From Minisyncoccota bacterium (lineage in GTDB: Bacteria > Patescibacteriota > Minisyncoccia > Phycocordibacterales > UBA1550): a DNA stretch of 64,000 bases. The notes under the pieces are model-generated. The model ran no database searches and was not told the origin of the DNA. It was given only the letters and a program-made list of their open reading frames with translations. The DNA lies in NCBI GenBank assembly GCA_023229865.1, contig JALNYL010000006.1:5597-69596 (forward strand), given 5' to 3'. Position 1 is the first letter of the stretch; the number at the start of each line of letters is the position of its first letter. Made by a program: the position numbers and the translations under genes. Of the stretch, positions 38,486-49,677 are shown one piece after another.

Positions 38486-39688
38486 TTAGATTTTCTTAGG
38501 GCGACGAAGAAATGCAGGAACAGCGCTCCAGTCTTCAGCTTCTTCTGCGTCGAGGTCAATAATGGCAACAGGTTCTTTTTCGAGAATCTTTTTTGCGGGC
38601 TCGCGAGACTCTTCTTTTTTTGCAGGCTGCTCTACGAAACTATTGTTGATCTCTCCGCGCTTCTCGCGAGTTTCCTGACGCTCGATAGGCTGCTGCTTTG
38701 CGCCACCTGAAAAAAGATTGCGCTTCTCAACTCCTTCAGGGAAACCTGCGGCGATAACGGTAATCTTAATCTCATTCTTCTTGAGACGTTCATCGATGAT
38801 AGCACCAAAGATAACGCGAGCATCTGGATCGATAGCCTCGGTAATTATCTTTGCAGCTTCGTTGATCTCGTGCATGCGGAGATCTGCGCCACCAGCGATC
38901 GCAAAGAGAACTCCCTTTGCGCCAGAAATCGAGAGGTCGAGGAGGGGAGAGTTGATTGCGGCGAGTGCTGCTTCTTGTGCGCGATTTTCGCCTGTCGATG
39001 AGCCAATACCAAGGAGTGCTGAGCCTGCATTTGAAAGGACTGAACGAATATCAGCAAAGTCTACATTGATGATGCCTGGCGTGGTAATGAGGTCAGAGAT
39101 ACCCTCAACCGCCTGGCGGAGAACCTCGTCACTCATGGTGAATGCTGACTTGAACGTAGTATCCTTGTCGGCAACGCTCATGATGCGGTCGTTAGGAACA
39201 ACAATAAGTGCGTCGACATTTTTGCGGAGCTCCTCAAGTCCTTGCTCTGCGATGCGACCACGGTGTGAACCTTCAAACGTAAAGGGACGTGTCACGACAC
39301 CAATCGTGAGTGCGCCTTGCTCTTTTGCGATAGCTGCAACAACGGGAGCAGCACCAGTACCTGTGCCACCACCCATGCCACCTGAGATGAAGACCATGTC
39401 AGAGCCTTTGATGACACCCTGAATCTCTTCCTTTGTTTCTTCTGCAGCCTTGCGACCAATCTCTGGGTTCATGCCCGTACCAAGTCCACGCGTAAGATTC
39501 TTGCCGATGTGAATTTTTTTCTGCGCGAGTGAATGATGCAAATCTTGTGCATCAGTGTTCATCACAATAAATTCAACTCCTTTGATTTTTGAGTTGACCA
39601 TGTGGTTGACCGCGTTCTTTCCTGATCCACCAACACCGATAACTTTAATACGTGCGAATGCTTCTACTTCTGGTTGTACTTTTGGCAT
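38486..39688 (-). CDS. ftsZ: Cell division protein FtsZ
   Basis: [17 protein letters not shown]-terminal VPAFLR. Confidence 0.99.
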   Translation of the reverse strand: MPKVQPEVEAFARIKVIGVGGSGKNAVNHMVNSKIKGVEFIVMNTDAQDLHHSLAQKKIHIGKNLTRGLGTGMNPEIGRKAAEETKEEIQGVIKGSDMVFISGGMGGGTGTGAAPVVAAIAKEQGALTIGVVTRPFTFEGSHRGRIAEQGLEELRKNVDALIVVPNDRIMSVADKDTTFKSAFTMSDEVLRQAVEGISDLITTPGIINVDFADIRSVLSNAGSALLGIGSSTGENRAQEAALAAINSPLLDLSISGAKGVLFAIAGGADLRMHEINEAAKIITEAIDPDARVIFGAIIDERLKKNEIKITVIAAGFPEGVEKRNLFSGGAKQQPIERQETREKRGEINNSFVEQPAKKEESREPAKKILEKEPVAIIDLDAEEAEDWSAVPAFLRRPKKI

Positions 39689-39864
39689 GACTGATTGTCT
39701 GATTTATTATTGCTAATTACTAGTAGAATACCAAGAAGCAAGACAATTGACAACTGACACCGCTTCGCGGACATTTGACAGAAAACGTCCATTTGCCTTT
39801 GGTAGATGGACGTTTTGTTGGATCCAAGTCAAATGTCACAGGTTAATTGTTAAATGTTTTTATT

Positions 39865-41028
39865 TTATGGCAAAAACGGTTTTACCCAGCTCTTGAGCGT
39901 CTCCCAGAGATCACCAAAACCAGTATCCATACCCTCTGATGGCTTCTGGAGGGCGTATACAGCGAGTCCGTAGGCCACGAGCCATGACGAGTCTTTTACC
40001 GGGTGCTTGCCTCCGTTTGCGACGGCAGTGCTTGCGATAGCAGAAGGAAGCTTGAGGACGGCCTTTGCGAGGTCGGCGATGGTCGCGATACCCACACCAC
40101 CTCCGGTAAGAATGACTCCCGCAGGAAGGAGTCCGCTACGCCCAATTTTTTTCAAATGCGCATCGATGAGTTCAAAGATGTCATACAAACGTGCCTCAAT
40201 AATTTCTTCGAGTTTCTTTTTTGAATAAATTCCTTCGGGTCCGCCAACTTTAATTTTTTCTGCTTCTTGAAGAGGGATCTTGAGACCGAGCGCGATGTCG
40301 TTGGTAATATCTGTCGAACCAATCGGGAAGATTTGTAATGAAATAGGAATGTCGTTTTCAAAGACGGCGATAGATACGGTTTCTGCCCCGATGTTTACGA
40401 GGGCACAACCAACAGAGCGTTGCTTCTTATTGAGGGCGACTTGCCCCGCAGCAATAGGCGAAGGGAGGACTTCATCGACTTCCACACCGAGTTCTTCAAT
40501 GGTCCTAATGATGTCGTTGAGATGTTGCTCAAGGCAAGTGACGAACAACATTTTTACATCAAGCTTTGAGCCAGTCATTCCCAAAGGATTTCCAAGTACT
40601 TCTTTGTTGTCGAGTTTGTAGCGAAGAGCGGTGCGATAAATGATGCGCTTGTTAGTAAGGTGAGTGAGATTATCCTCTGCTTCAGTTTCTGCTTTTCTGA
40701 TGTCGAGCTCGCTTACTTCTCCTGATGCGCGTGAGATGATTGCGGTGCCATGTGAGATGGTTGATTCAAGTCCGATACCACCAACAGAGAGGATGGCATT
40801 TTTGACTTTGAACCCTGCCATTTTTTCTGCGGCAGCAATTGCGGTGCTGGTACTACGAATCGCCTCGGATTTGTTGATGATGTACCCGTGGCGCAATCCG
40901 CGCGTCTCGGCGACACCCGTTCCGATAATGACAGGAGCCTCGCCTTGAGTGTGTTCAACGATAACAACGCGTGTGGCGTGCGTGCCGACATCAATACCTG
41001 TTGCTATGCGTTTCGTGCGAGGATTCAT
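39865..41028 (-). CDS. ftsA: Cell division protein FtsA
   Basis: GIDVGT actin fold, ITNDIA, LTGGG; upstream of ftsZ. Confidence 0.95.
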   Translation of the reverse strand: MNPRTKRIATGIDVGTHATRVVIVEHTQGEAPVIIGTGVAETRGLRHGYIINKSEAIRSTSTAIAAAEKMAGFKVKNAILSVGGIGLESTISHGTAIISRASGEVSELDIRKAETEAEDNLTHLTNKRIIYRTALRYKLDNKEVLGNPLGMTGSKLDVKMLFVTCLEQHLNDIIRTIEELGVEVDEVLPSPIAAGQVALNKKQRSVGCALVNIGAETVSIAVFENDIPISLQIFPIGSTDITNDIALGLKIPLQEAEKIKVGGPEGIYSKKKLEEIIEARLYDIFELIDAHLKKIGRSGLLPAGVILTGGGVGIATIADLAKAVLKLPSAIASTAVANGGKHPVKDSSWLVAYGLAVYALQKPSEGMDTGFGDLWETLKSWVKPFLP

Positions 41029-41152
41029 AATAATGTTAAAGGTGCCCCTATTGTACCAAAAAAATCTTTAGTATCAAACCTTTTTAAGCACTACGACCGC
41101 TTTTGTCGTGGAGACAAAAGCGGTCGTAGTGAAGCACGAACACTCGTTGGTG

Positions 41153-41530
41153 TTAAATTTTGAACATTGCACGGATTTTCTTTTCCGCGTTTTCCATCTT
41201 GGTGCCATGGTCGAGACCTTTGAGATGAAGGAGTCCGTGTATAAAAAGGAAGCCGACGAAGTTTGTGTATGAGCGATCAAAGAGAGGTGCCTCGGTCCGA
41301 GCTTTCGCAAGGTCGATAAAAATTTCTCCTTCGTCATCGCTCAAAGGGAACGAAAGAATGTTGGTCGAATTGTCCTTCTCGCGATAAGCGAGATTGAGCT
41401 CGCGAGATTTTTTGGGGCTCACGATGACAAGCGAACACTCGTACTCTTTACCAAGTACGGCTTCGGTCATTTTAGCAAAAGGCAAGCGGGGAAGCTTGCC
41501 TTTTGTGGTGTTGGTTATCGATAGCGACAT
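41153..41530 (-). CDS. ybeY: rRNA maturation RNase YbeY
   Basis: LN..YR..D..TNILSF, HGLLHLKGLDH. Confidence 0.95.
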   Translation of the reverse strand: MSLSITNTTKGKLPRLPFAKMTEAVLGKEYECSLVIVSPKKSRELNLAYREKDNSTNILSFPLSDDEGEIFIDLAKARTEAPLFDRSYTNFVGFLFIHGLLHLKGLDHGTKMENAEKKIRAMFKI

Positions 41531-41551
41531 TTGAGGGGGAACAAAGGTGAA

Positions 41552-41800
41552 TTAACGACGCTTTGTTTTCTTCTCAGGGAGCTTGCCGAGCTTTTCGAGG
41601 AGCTCGTACTCCTTGCGCATACCGAGAACAACGAGCGCATCCTTCTTCATTCTTGCCTGATTAGGCTTGCGCTGACTGTAGCGGATTGAACGAACACGAG
41701 GGATAATCCCTGAACCCTGAACGCGCTTGGTAAAGCGACGAATAAGGCTGATTGCGTTTTCGTTTGGGTTCTTCTTAACTTCTGCGTTTACGGTTGACAT
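41552..41800 (-). CDS. rpsU: Ribosomal protein bS21-like
   Basis: EVKKNPNE...LIRRFTKRVQGSG; small and basic. Confidence 0.65.
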   Translation of the reverse strand: MSTVNAEVKKNPNENAISLIRRFTKRVQGSGIIPRVRSIRYSQRKPNQARMKKDALVVLGMRKEYELLEKLGKLPEKKTKRR

Positions 41801-41883
41801 GTGGGCCATTCTAGCACAAACAGTTTTGCGACGCAAGCCTCTCTTGTCGGCTTTTAAACCTTATTTCTAAAGGGTTTTTTAAA

Positions 41884-43209
41884 CTATCGCAACTCGTCTT
41901 TTAAATGTTTTACAAAGTCGGGGAGGTCGGCGAGCTTCACGGTCTCTTGAGAGCGGGTTTCCATATTGCGGGCGATGATGGTGTTGTCGAGGGCTTCTTT
42001 CTGTCCAAAGATGATGGTGTACGGTGCGCCACTTCGCTCTGCGATAGCGAGCTGCTGTCCGAGTCCGTCTTTTGAGAGTGATTGTGCGATAGGGATGTGT
42101 GCCTTGCGAAGTGTCTCGATAATACCAAAGCTCTTAAGCTTAGCTTCGTTGCCGAGCTGAATGAAATATACTTTTGGCTTTTTCAAAATGCGCGGATTGA
42201 GCGGCTTGTGCGAAGGAGACATGATCACACGGTCAACACCGATACCACCTCCGACAGCGGGCACATCTTTTTTGCTACCGAGTGCGCGCGCGAGGAGATC
42301 GTAACGTCCACCAGAAGCAACCGTCATTGGTTCATTCATTCCTTCTGCGTTTACATAATCGAGGTCGATGATTTCAAACACGGTTCGTGTGTAGTAGTCG
42401 AGTCCGCGCACAAGGTTATTGTTGATACGATAAGGAATACCCATCTCTTCGAGATACTCAATAACTTCTTTGAAGTGATGACGGCAGTCGTTGCAGAGTG
42501 CCTCAATAGGTGTCGGACTGCCTGCTTTCAAATCTTGGCAACGCTTGTCTTTGCAGTCGAGAAGACGAAGAGGATTTGTCTTTAAACGCTCTTTACAGTG
42601 AGGGCAGAGCTCCTCAACGTGTTTCTTGTAGTAATTGGTAAGGTCTTTGATATAACCGCTGCGACATTCTTTGTCGCCGATACTGTTGACCTCTACGGAA
42701 ATATTTTTTATACCCGCTTCTTCGAGTGAAAGCGTCATTGTGCGGATGATGAGTGCGTCCGCAATACTCTTTGGTGTGCCGAGGATTTCAAAACCAAACT
42801 GACGAAACTCGCGCAAGCGTCCACGCTGAGGATTCTCGTGGCGGAAAAACGGTCCGTAGTAGTAGAGCATTACTGGCTGTGGAAGTGCCTGCATGCCTTG
42901 TTCGATGTATGCGCGCATTACGGCCGCAGTACCCTCGGGGCGCATCGCGAGATGGTCGCCACCTTTGGTCTTGAGGCTATACATTTCCTTGTCGCGGATG
43001 TCGGTACCTACGCCGAGGCTTGAGGTGAATACTGCTTCGCGTTCGAGAATAGGCGTCTCGATAGGGCGGAACCCGTAATACGTAGCAACCTCAGCTGCTT
43101 TTTCGAAAAACCCTTGATATGCATAGTACTCACTATCCTGAATATCGCGCATCCCTTTAGGGCTCGCAATATCTTCCGCACTTATTTTTTTTGGTTTTTC
43201 TGTACTCAT
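41884..43209 (-). CDS. hisS: Histidine--tRNA ligase
   Basis: RPEGTA, FRHENPQRGRLREF, RGLDYY, GGRYD. Confidence 0.98.
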   Translation of the reverse strand: MSTEKPKKISAEDIASPKGMRDIQDSEYYAYQGFFEKAAEVATYYGFRPIETPILEREAVFTSSLGVGTDIRDKEMYSLKTKGGDHLAMRPEGTAAVMRAYIEQGMQALPQPVMLYYYGPFFRHENPQRGRLREFRQFGFEILGTPKSIADALIIRTMTLSLEEAGIKNISVEVNSIGDKECRSGYIKDLTNYYKKHVEELCPHCKERLKTNPLRLLDCKDKRCQDLKAGSPTPIEALCNDCRHHFKEVIEYLEEMGIPYRINNNLVRGLDYYTRTVFEIIDLDYVNAEGMNEPMTVASGGRYDLLARALGSKKDVPAVGGGIGVDRVIMSPSHKPLNPRILKKPKVYFIQLGNEAKLKSFGIIETLRKAHIPIAQSLSKDGLGQQLAIAERSGAPYTIIFGQKEALDNTIIARNMETRSQETVKLADLPDFVKHLKDELR

Positions 43210-43220
43210 AATATTATTAA

Positions 43221-43814
43221 TTATTGCCTATATTCTCCCGGGAGAAAATCAATGGCGGTCACCGGGAAGAGGCGTAAAAATGCTCTTCCTACAATGAGGT
43301 CACGATCGACAGGTCCCCACGCACGAGAGTCGAAGCTCCCTGCGCGATTGTCGCCCATCATAAAATATTCTCCTTCGCCAAGAGTGCGCTCTACGGTGTC
43401 GTTTTTTGTGTAAGTTACGTAGGGCTCATCAAGGGTGAGGATGGTATCTCCATTTTTGTTTTTTATAGATACCTTCCCTTCGATGTCAGTGACGGTTTCT
43501 CCAGGGAGTCCGATGACGCGCTTGATAAAATACTGCTTGGGGTTTTTGGGATATTTAAAAATCACAACATCGCCACGTACGGGGTCACCGAGGTGATAGG
43601 AGAGTTCGTCAACGATGAGATACTGCTTGTCTTGGAAGGTAGGATCCATTGATGCGCCTGATACAATGAACGGTTGCGCGATAAACATACGGACAGGGAT
43701 GACAATAAGAAGTGCTACGCAAAGAAAACGAAATGTCTCCCACGCCTCTTCGCGGAATGAATGATTTTTTTCTGGATTAGCAACGGGAGTAGGTGTTGTG
43801 AAATCTTCGTTCAT
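43221..43814 (-). CDS. lepB: Signal peptidase I
   Basis: SGASMDPT, IKRVIGLPG, GDNR..S.DSR. Confidence 0.97.
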   Translation of the reverse strand: MNEDFTTPTPVANPEKNHSFREEAWETFRFLCVALLIVIPVRMFIAQPFIVSGASMDPTFQDKQYLIVDELSYHLGDPVRGDVVIFKYPKNPKQYFIKRVIGLPGETVTDIEGKVSIKNKNGDTILTLDEPYVTYTKNDTVERTLGEGEYFMMGDNRAGSFDSRAWGPVDRDLIVGRAFLRLFPVTAIDFLPGEYRQ

Positions 43815-43880
43815 GTGTTGTCAATATATTAAAACACAAGAGGACTTGCTGCAAAGCCTGAATGCGTGGTGTAATTAAAT

Positions 43881-44729
43881 TTATTTGAAAGCGGAAAGAG
43901 ATTCTTTGATTGCCAAAAATACTTTGTCACCGCGGAGCTCTCCGATGTCGATGGGACCTTGCTTGCGAATGATGTCTTCAAGGATTTGAATATCTTTTTC
44001 GTAAATAGGAACAAGGTGTGGACGCTTTGTTTTGTCCGCATAGTTTTTGAAAGTATAAAGCTGAAGAAGTATTTCAGAAAGGAGCAGTCGTCTGATGGGG
44101 TGTTCATCGAGTGTTGTTGCAAGTTCTGGGTGTTCGTTTTTGTCCATCCAAAGATTTGCGAGTTTAACAACGGTGTCTTTTTCTACCCCCATAACAACCT
44201 GAGGAACATGAGAAATTTCGCCTTTTAATGTTGAGCGACTTGAACGGAAATAATTAATCTTACCAAGGTCGCCACTGTCGATATTTTCTTTAATCTTTGC
44301 AAATTTATCAGCTTCTGTGGTTGTCCCAAAAGTAACATCAACAGAAAGAGAAAGGTGAGTAAGTGCGCGTGCGGTGTCTTCGATTTCCAAAATCAAATCG
44401 CTGCCGTTTATATAGTCATCAAAAGTAGAAGTTTTAATTGCGTGAGTTTGCTCGCCGAACCATTTTCCGTTTCCGCACTGGTCAAAGATGACCGCTTCGA
44501 GGACGTCAGAGTATTCCTTGTGCGCCTCGTGGCTAAATCGTGCTTCCTTTTTTGCAACCATTGAGCGATGGAGGGCGAGTTTCTTCTCGTCGTAAAAACC
44601 ATCAAACTCGTCGATACTAATCGCGTTTTCCTTGAGAGTTTTGATTGCTTGTGGATATGCTCGTTCAATAACGGGATTTGTCTGCTCCTTTTTGTTTTCT
44701 GGAGCTCTGTTGAAGAAGTCTAATTGCAT
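43881..44729 (-). CDS. Hypothetical protein (possible PD-(D/E)xK fold)
   Basis: E...DDYINGSDL...VDVT pattern. Confidence 0.6.
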   Translation of the reverse strand: MQLDFFNRAPENKKEQTNPVIERAYPQAIKTLKENAISIDEFDGFYDEKKLALHRSMVAKKEARFSHEAHKEYSDVLEAVIFDQCGNGKWFGEQTHAIKTSTFDDYINGSDLILEIEDTARALTHLSLSVDVTFGTTTEADKFAKIKENIDSGDLGKINYFRSSRSTLKGEISHVPQVVMGVEKDTVVKLANLWMDKNEHPELATTLDEHPIRRLLLSEILLQLYTFKNYADKTKRPHLVPIYEKDIQILEDIIRKQGPIDIGELRGDKVFLAIKESLSAFK

Positions 44730-44770
44730 GGTGTTTGTTCTTATTGTGGTTTCATTGTACCATATCATGT

Positions 44771-45361
44771 ATGCAGTATCTAATAGTCGGACTCGGGAAC
44801 CCAGGGGAAGAATATGAGAACACGCGGCACAACGCGGGGCGTATGGTAGTGGAAGCTTTTCGTAAAAAAAATGACTTTCCCGAGTGGACAGCCGACAAGA
44901 GTTTGAAAGCGCTCGTGTCAAAAGGCTCGCGGGGGAAGGATAAAGTAGTTCTCCTTATGCCTGACAACTTTATGAATGTCTCGGGGAAAAGCGTGGCGCC
45001 GTTCGTAAAGAATGCAAAGGATGCCGAGCGTACTATTGTGGTGTATGACGATCTTGATTTGCCACTTGGGGGGATGAAGATGTCTTTCAATAGAAGCTCA
45101 GGCGGGCACAAGGGGGTGGAGTCTATTATTAAGGCCATCAAAACAAAAGCTTTTGCACGACTCCGTGTGGGGATTTGTCCTACGACACCGACTGGTAAGC
45201 CTCGCAAGCCAAAAGGAGAGGAAGCGTTTCTTGACTTCATTGTCGGTCCATTTAAAAAAGCAGAACTCGACGAAATAAAAAAGACTGCAAAAAAGGGGGC
45301 GGAGGCACTCGGATATTTCCTTGAGGACGGAAGAGAAATCGCGACGGGAAAGGTAAACTAG
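44771..45361 (+). CDS. pth: Peptidyl-tRNA hydrolase
   Basis: GLGNPG, TRHNAG, MN.SG, DDLDL, GGHKG. Confidence 0.96.
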   Translation: MQYLIVGLGNPGEEYENTRHNAGRMVVEAFRKKNDFPEWTADKSLKALVSKGSRGKDKVVLLMPDNFMNVSGKSVAPFVKNAKDAERTIVVYDDLDLPLGGMKMSFNRSSGGHKGVESIIKAIKTKAFARLRVGICPTTPTGKPRKPKGEEAFLDFIVGPFKKAELDEIKKTAKKGAEALGYFLEDGREIATGKVN

Positions 45362-45470
45362 GTATTAGGGTTTAGCCACTAGCCACTAGGGTTTAGCTTA
45401 AAAGCGGGTTTGCGCTTTGCGCAAACCCGCTTTTTCTATTGGCTATTCACTATTGGCTAACCACTAATAC

Positions 45471-46655
45471 CTACTTCGTATCTTTAATCGTAAGACTAAA
45501 CCAAACTGCGGTAAACATCAGAATTCCTAAAATAAGGAAAAGGTAACGGAAGTCAATAAAGAGAAGGAGGATCGAACCGATGATCGGCGCAATGATGTAT
45601 GAAGTCGCGCGCATAGTACGCATAAAGGTAATGAGGTGCGCATCCTCGGGTCCAACTTTTTTGTAGAAATAACTCTCCGTCATTGCCTCTACACCACTCG
45701 CTCCGAAGCGGGTAATAAAGAGAAGCCCTGCCCAAAGATATATATTACTGGTGGTCATCCAAGATATTGCAGCAGTAGAAATACCCATTATGATGAATCC
45801 AATAGTAAGCATCTCTTTTTCTCCATATTTTGTGTCTGCGAGTCTTCCAAAAAAAACTTCAAAGAGCACAAAGGGGAGTAGGGCAATAGGAATAATCGTG
45901 CTCAAAATTTCATTCATCGGTATCCCTACGTAGGTGTTGAGATAGATGGGAGTATAAATAACCATCCACACAAAGAAAAACGAGAGCAGGAAATGCATGA
46001 GAATAATAGAATGCAGATCATGACTGTCGCGTACGATACGAAACGTCGCTCTAAATGGATGCACAAGATAGTGGGGGTCCTCGTAATTTTTAAAATACTT
46101 TGCAATAACAAAAAACCCAAGCGCCATAACGACTGCTGCTGCTGTCCATATCTTCCAGTAGTCATGATCAGTAAGCATAAGACCCGCAATGAAAGGAGCC
46201 ACCGCAACCGCGATGTTGAGCACGGTCATAAAGACCCCGCGCATACTCCCTGTTTTTTCGTTGTCGGTAAAATTTTCTACAAAGTAATCAAGATTGAGGA
46301 AGATAACACTACTTGTTACCAAAAATACAATAAATGCGATTATTGCAAGGATTGGACTCACTGAGGGGTCAGAACAAAGGGCAAGCGTGACAAGAGCAAT
46401 AATCTCGACGCCCATTGCGCCGAGGGTTGCCCAGTAGTTGCCAAAGCGTTTAAGGATACGAGGAAGGAGAAACGTGTAGGTGACGGTAAAGATTGCCGCA
46501 AAAGAAAAAATGAGGCCCACAACCTTCTCGCTTGTTAAAAATTGAGAAATAAAAGACGATTCAATATAGAGTGGAAGCGCATATTGAAATGAATACAAAA
46601 AACTCGTGAGGTACACGAGGAGAAACAGTGTCTTTTTTGATGCTACTTGGGTCAT
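45471..46655 (-). CDS. MFS transporter
   Basis: About 12 TM segments; GRLADTKYG motif. Confidence 0.88.
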   Translation of the reverse strand: MTQVASKKTLFLLVYLTSFLYSFQYALPLYIESSFISQFLTSEKVVGLIFSFAAIFTVTYTFLLPRILKRFGNYWATLGAMGVEIIALVTLALCSDPSVSPILAIIAFIVFLVTSSVIFLNLDYFVENFTDNEKTGSMRGVFMTVLNIAVAVAPFIAGLMLTDHDYWKIWTAAAVVMALGFFVIAKYFKNYEDPHYLVHPFRATFRIVRDSHDLHSIILMHFLLSFFFVWMVIYTPIYLNTYVGIPMNEILSTIIPIALLPFVLFEVFFGRLADTKYGEKEMLTIGFIIMGISTAAISWMTTSNIYLWAGLLFITRFGASGVEAMTESYFYKKVGPEDAHLITFMRTMRATSYIIAPIIGSILLLFIDFRYLFLILGILMFTAVWFSLTIKDTK

Positions 46656-46773
46656 AATCTTTTAATTGTATCACAATTGAAAGGCTCCGCCATATCGATT
46701 GAATGGCCTAAATATCTTGATAAAATAGCAATACTCGTGCATACTGAAAATGTTAGTAATAATTTATAATAAC

Positions 46774-47409
46774 ATGTTTGAAAACCCTACTACCGCACAT
46801 AATACAACTGAAAAAGAAAGGATCCGTGAGATCGAGACTGAAACCATTAAGTCTCTATATAGCCCGTTTCTTCTTGACACCTTAAATAGGTGGGGTAGTA
46901 AAGAGGACGCTGAAAAGCTTGCTGGTGAAAGGCTTGATATTAAATTAGTACCACCAACTGATGTTGATTGGAAAAATTTACAAGAGCGAGGGGTGCGTGG
47001 AAGGGGTGGGGAGGTTGTGTTCAATCCCGAAACGCTTTCGATTGACTGGGAAAATACACCCGTCCAAAAGTTTAAAGCTATTGAACTAAAAGAAATGGAA
47101 GGGAAGTCCGTTGCGGAGGTTGCTAAATATGTAGTTACTACGTACGGCGATACGCACTATATCCCCGGTATTGAATATTTGAACTTTATTGTTCAAAACC
47201 CAGAAAAAGCGTCACCACTACTTCTTCTTGAGGATGGAAACACGTACTACTTTTTTGGCTCCACGATCGCAACCTTCGAGAATGTTCTTATTCCTGGAGT
47301 GGACTGTCATCCTTCTGAATACACGGATAGTCCAAAGTTTCGTCGAGCAGCGATTAGGCCGAACGATACTTGGGTGGCTAATACAAGAGTCTTCTTACTG
47401 GAGAAATAA
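46774..47409 (+). CDS. Hypothetical protein
   Basis: ORF of about 211 aa. Confidence 0.6.
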   Translation: MFENPTTAHNTTEKERIREIETETIKSLYSPFLLDTLNRWGSKEDAEKLAGERLDIKLVPPTDVDWKNLQERGVRGRGGEVVFNPETLSIDWENTPVQKFKAIELKEMEGKSVAEVAKYVVTTYGDTHYIPGIEYLNFIVQNPEKASPLLLLEDGNTYYFFGSTIATFENVLIPGVDCHPSEYTDSPKFRRAAIRPNDTWVANTRVFLLEK

Positions 47410-47479
47410 CTATTTAAAAATCTAGCCCACTGTTTATGAAAACAGTGGGCTAGATTTTTGTTATTATGGTTTAAATATT

Positions 47480-49564
47480 TTACACCGTAAGAATCACGGG
47501 AATCACAATTGGGCGCTTTGCGGTCTCTTGGAAGAGAAGGCGGGCGACGGCATCAGTGACATGGTCTTTCACATAGTCGAAGTCGATTTGCTTTGAACCA
47601 CCCACCATGTCCTCGACGGTCTTCTTGGTGAGGAAACGTGCTTGGCGAAGAAGGTCCTGTGATTCACGGAGGTATACGAACCCACGTGAGATAACATCAG
47701 GAGACTTAGTCACCTTACCTGTTGCGACATCAAGTGTGGTGATGACCACAAAGATACCATCTTGTGAAAGCATCTGACGATCGCGGAGGACAACTTCCTG
47801 CATATCGCCGACAGAGAATCCATCTACGAGGATGAGACCCTTTGGTGCCATTTCCTTGAGTGAGACAATCTTCTTGCCACCGTCTTGGATTTCAATAATC
47901 ATACCGTTGTCAGGAATGATGATGTTCTCATCGGGGAGTCCTGCTTCGCGCGCGATGTCAGCATGACAGCGGAGCATGTAGTGATATCCGTGCACCGGCA
48001 TAAAGAAACGTGACTTGAGTCTGTTGTGAATCCAGAGTGACTCGTCGTGGTGCGCGTGACCTGATGAGTGAACCTTTGCATTCTCGTAGTGAATGAGGTG
48101 TGCGCCCTGACGTGAGAGATTGTCTTTGAGCTTCTGAACGCTACGTTCATTGCCCGGCACAACCGATGACGAAAGAAGAATCGTGTCGCGCTTATTGATC
48201 TTCAAGTACTTGTGCGCCTTGTTTGCTGCGCGCATAAGGGATGCAAATTCGTCACCCTGTGCACCGGTCACTAAGAGAATTACGCGATCGGGTGGATACT
48301 TCTCCATATCTTCGATAGGGATGAAGGTCTCAAGCTTTGCCTTGAGGAGTCCTGACTGGCGTGCGATGTCCACGTTGTTCTTCATACTACGTCCATCGAG
48401 TACGATTTTCTTGCCGAGGATTTCTGCAACATCGATAATCTTTACGAGACGCTCAAGGAGTGATGCAAATGTCGCGACGATAATACGTCCTTCGGTGGTG
48501 CGGATAATTTCTTCAATGTTTGCAAGTACGGTGCGCTCAGGGAATGAGTATCCAGGACGCTCAACGTTGGTCGAGTCGGCCATAAGAAGAAGTGTCGGTG
48601 CGCTTTTTACAATGTTATCAAACTCATCCTCTTCTTCCATGGTAGGGACACCGTCCACGTGGTCGAGCTTGAGGTCGCCAGTGTGGATAATGTTGCCGTA
48701 GGGAGTTTCAAGAATGATACCCATCGCATCAGGAATGGTGTGGGTGACGGCAAAAAACTTCGCCTTAAAATCTCCGACCGTAATACGATCGTTCTTTTCA
48801 ATGATACGCATATCGAGCGCTGGAAGATGTGAAAATTCCTCCTGACGCTTTTGGATCATGAGTCCCGTGAGGGCGCGTGTGTAAAGTGGTGGGTTGCCGA
48901 TTTTGCCCATAAGGTAGGGGATACCACCCGTGTGGTCGAGGTGACCATGCGTAATCATAACCGCTTTTACTTTGTGCTTGCGATCCTCGAGATACTTGGT
49001 GTTTGCAAGAATGTAGTCAACACCGGGAGTGTTTTCTTCTTTAAACTGAAGACCGGCATCGATAACCACGATTGAATCTTTGTATTCAATCATAGTCATG
49101 TTGCGGCCGATTTCTTCTACACCACCGAGCGCGATGATGCGTACATCACCGTCCTTAAGAGGAGGGATAACGACATTGTCCTGATCCTTTGGATAAGGGG
49201 CCATCATGCGACGAGCGTCTGCTTTCTCACGACCTGTTGAGTGCTTCATGCGTGTTGAAGTACGAGGAGTGCTGTGAGAGTGTCCTCCGTGTGAAGCTCC
49301 TCCGCGGTTGCCGCGGAATGCGCCACCAGCGTTGCCACCTTCTCTGCGGGGCTGTGCGCTGCCAGTAGCTACTGCTCCTCCTTGGGGCTGCTGTGCTGCT
49401 CCCTGGGGGCGAGTACCATTTCGGTATGCGTTGCGATTAGCAGAGCGATTTACCGCGCTTCTTGGTCCACGAGCATTGCTGTCTTTGCGCACGAAACGGC
49501 GCGCGCTGTATCCGCCCGCTCTGTCTCCTGCACCTTCTGTTTTCTTAGGTTGTTCTTCTGTCAT
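47480..49564 (-). CDS. rnj: Ribonuclease J with long R/G-rich N-terminal extension
   Basis: GGVEEIGRN, THGHLDH, HTGD, HSSGH, PVHG. Confidence 0.96.
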   Translation of the reverse strand: MTEEQPKKTEGAGDRAGGYSARRFVRKDSNARGPRSAVNRSANRNAYRNGTRPQGAAQQPQGGAVATGSAQPRREGGNAGGAFRGNRGGASHGGHSHSTPRTSTRMKHSTGREKADARRMMAPYPKDQDNVVIPPLKDGDVRIIALGGVEEIGRNMTMIEYKDSIVVIDAGLQFKEENTPGVDYILANTKYLEDRKHKVKAVMITHGHLDHTGGIPYLMGKIGNPPLYTRALTGLMIQKRQEEFSHLPALDMRIIEKNDRITVGDFKAKFFAVTHTIPDAMGIILETPYGNIIHTGDLKLDHVDGVPTMEEEDEFDNIVKSAPTLLLMADSTNVERPGYSFPERTVLANIEEIIRTTEGRIIVATFASLLERLVKIIDVAEILGKKIVLDGRSMKNNVDIARQSGLLKAKLETFIPIEDMEKYPPDRVILLVTGAQGDEFASLMRAANKAHKYLKINKRDTILLSSSVVPGNERSVQKLKDNLSRQGAHLIHYENAKVHSSGHAHHDESLWIHNRLKSRFFMPVHGYHYMLRCHADIAREAGLPDENIIIPDNGMIIEIQDGGKKIVSLKEMAPKGLILVDGFSVGDMQEVVLRDRQMLSQDGIFVVITTLDVATGKVTKSPDVISRGFVYLRESQDLLRQARFLTKKTVEDMVGGSKQIDFDYVKDHVTDAVARLLFQETAKRPIVIPVILTV

Positions 49565-49677
49565 TATAATTTTTTAATTGATTGTTAACGTGTTTTTTGT
49601 GAGAACTTATCTCAAGGATGATGACGACGGGTAGACATACTCCGTGCATCCTCATTTTTGAAACAAGTTCCTTTTGT

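Noticed and set aside
38718-39422. Long antisense ORFs, e.g. over ftsZ, the 26.5-kb kinase, rnj and rpsB
   Set aside because: Shadows of well-supported genes on the opposite strand, with no recognisable motifs.
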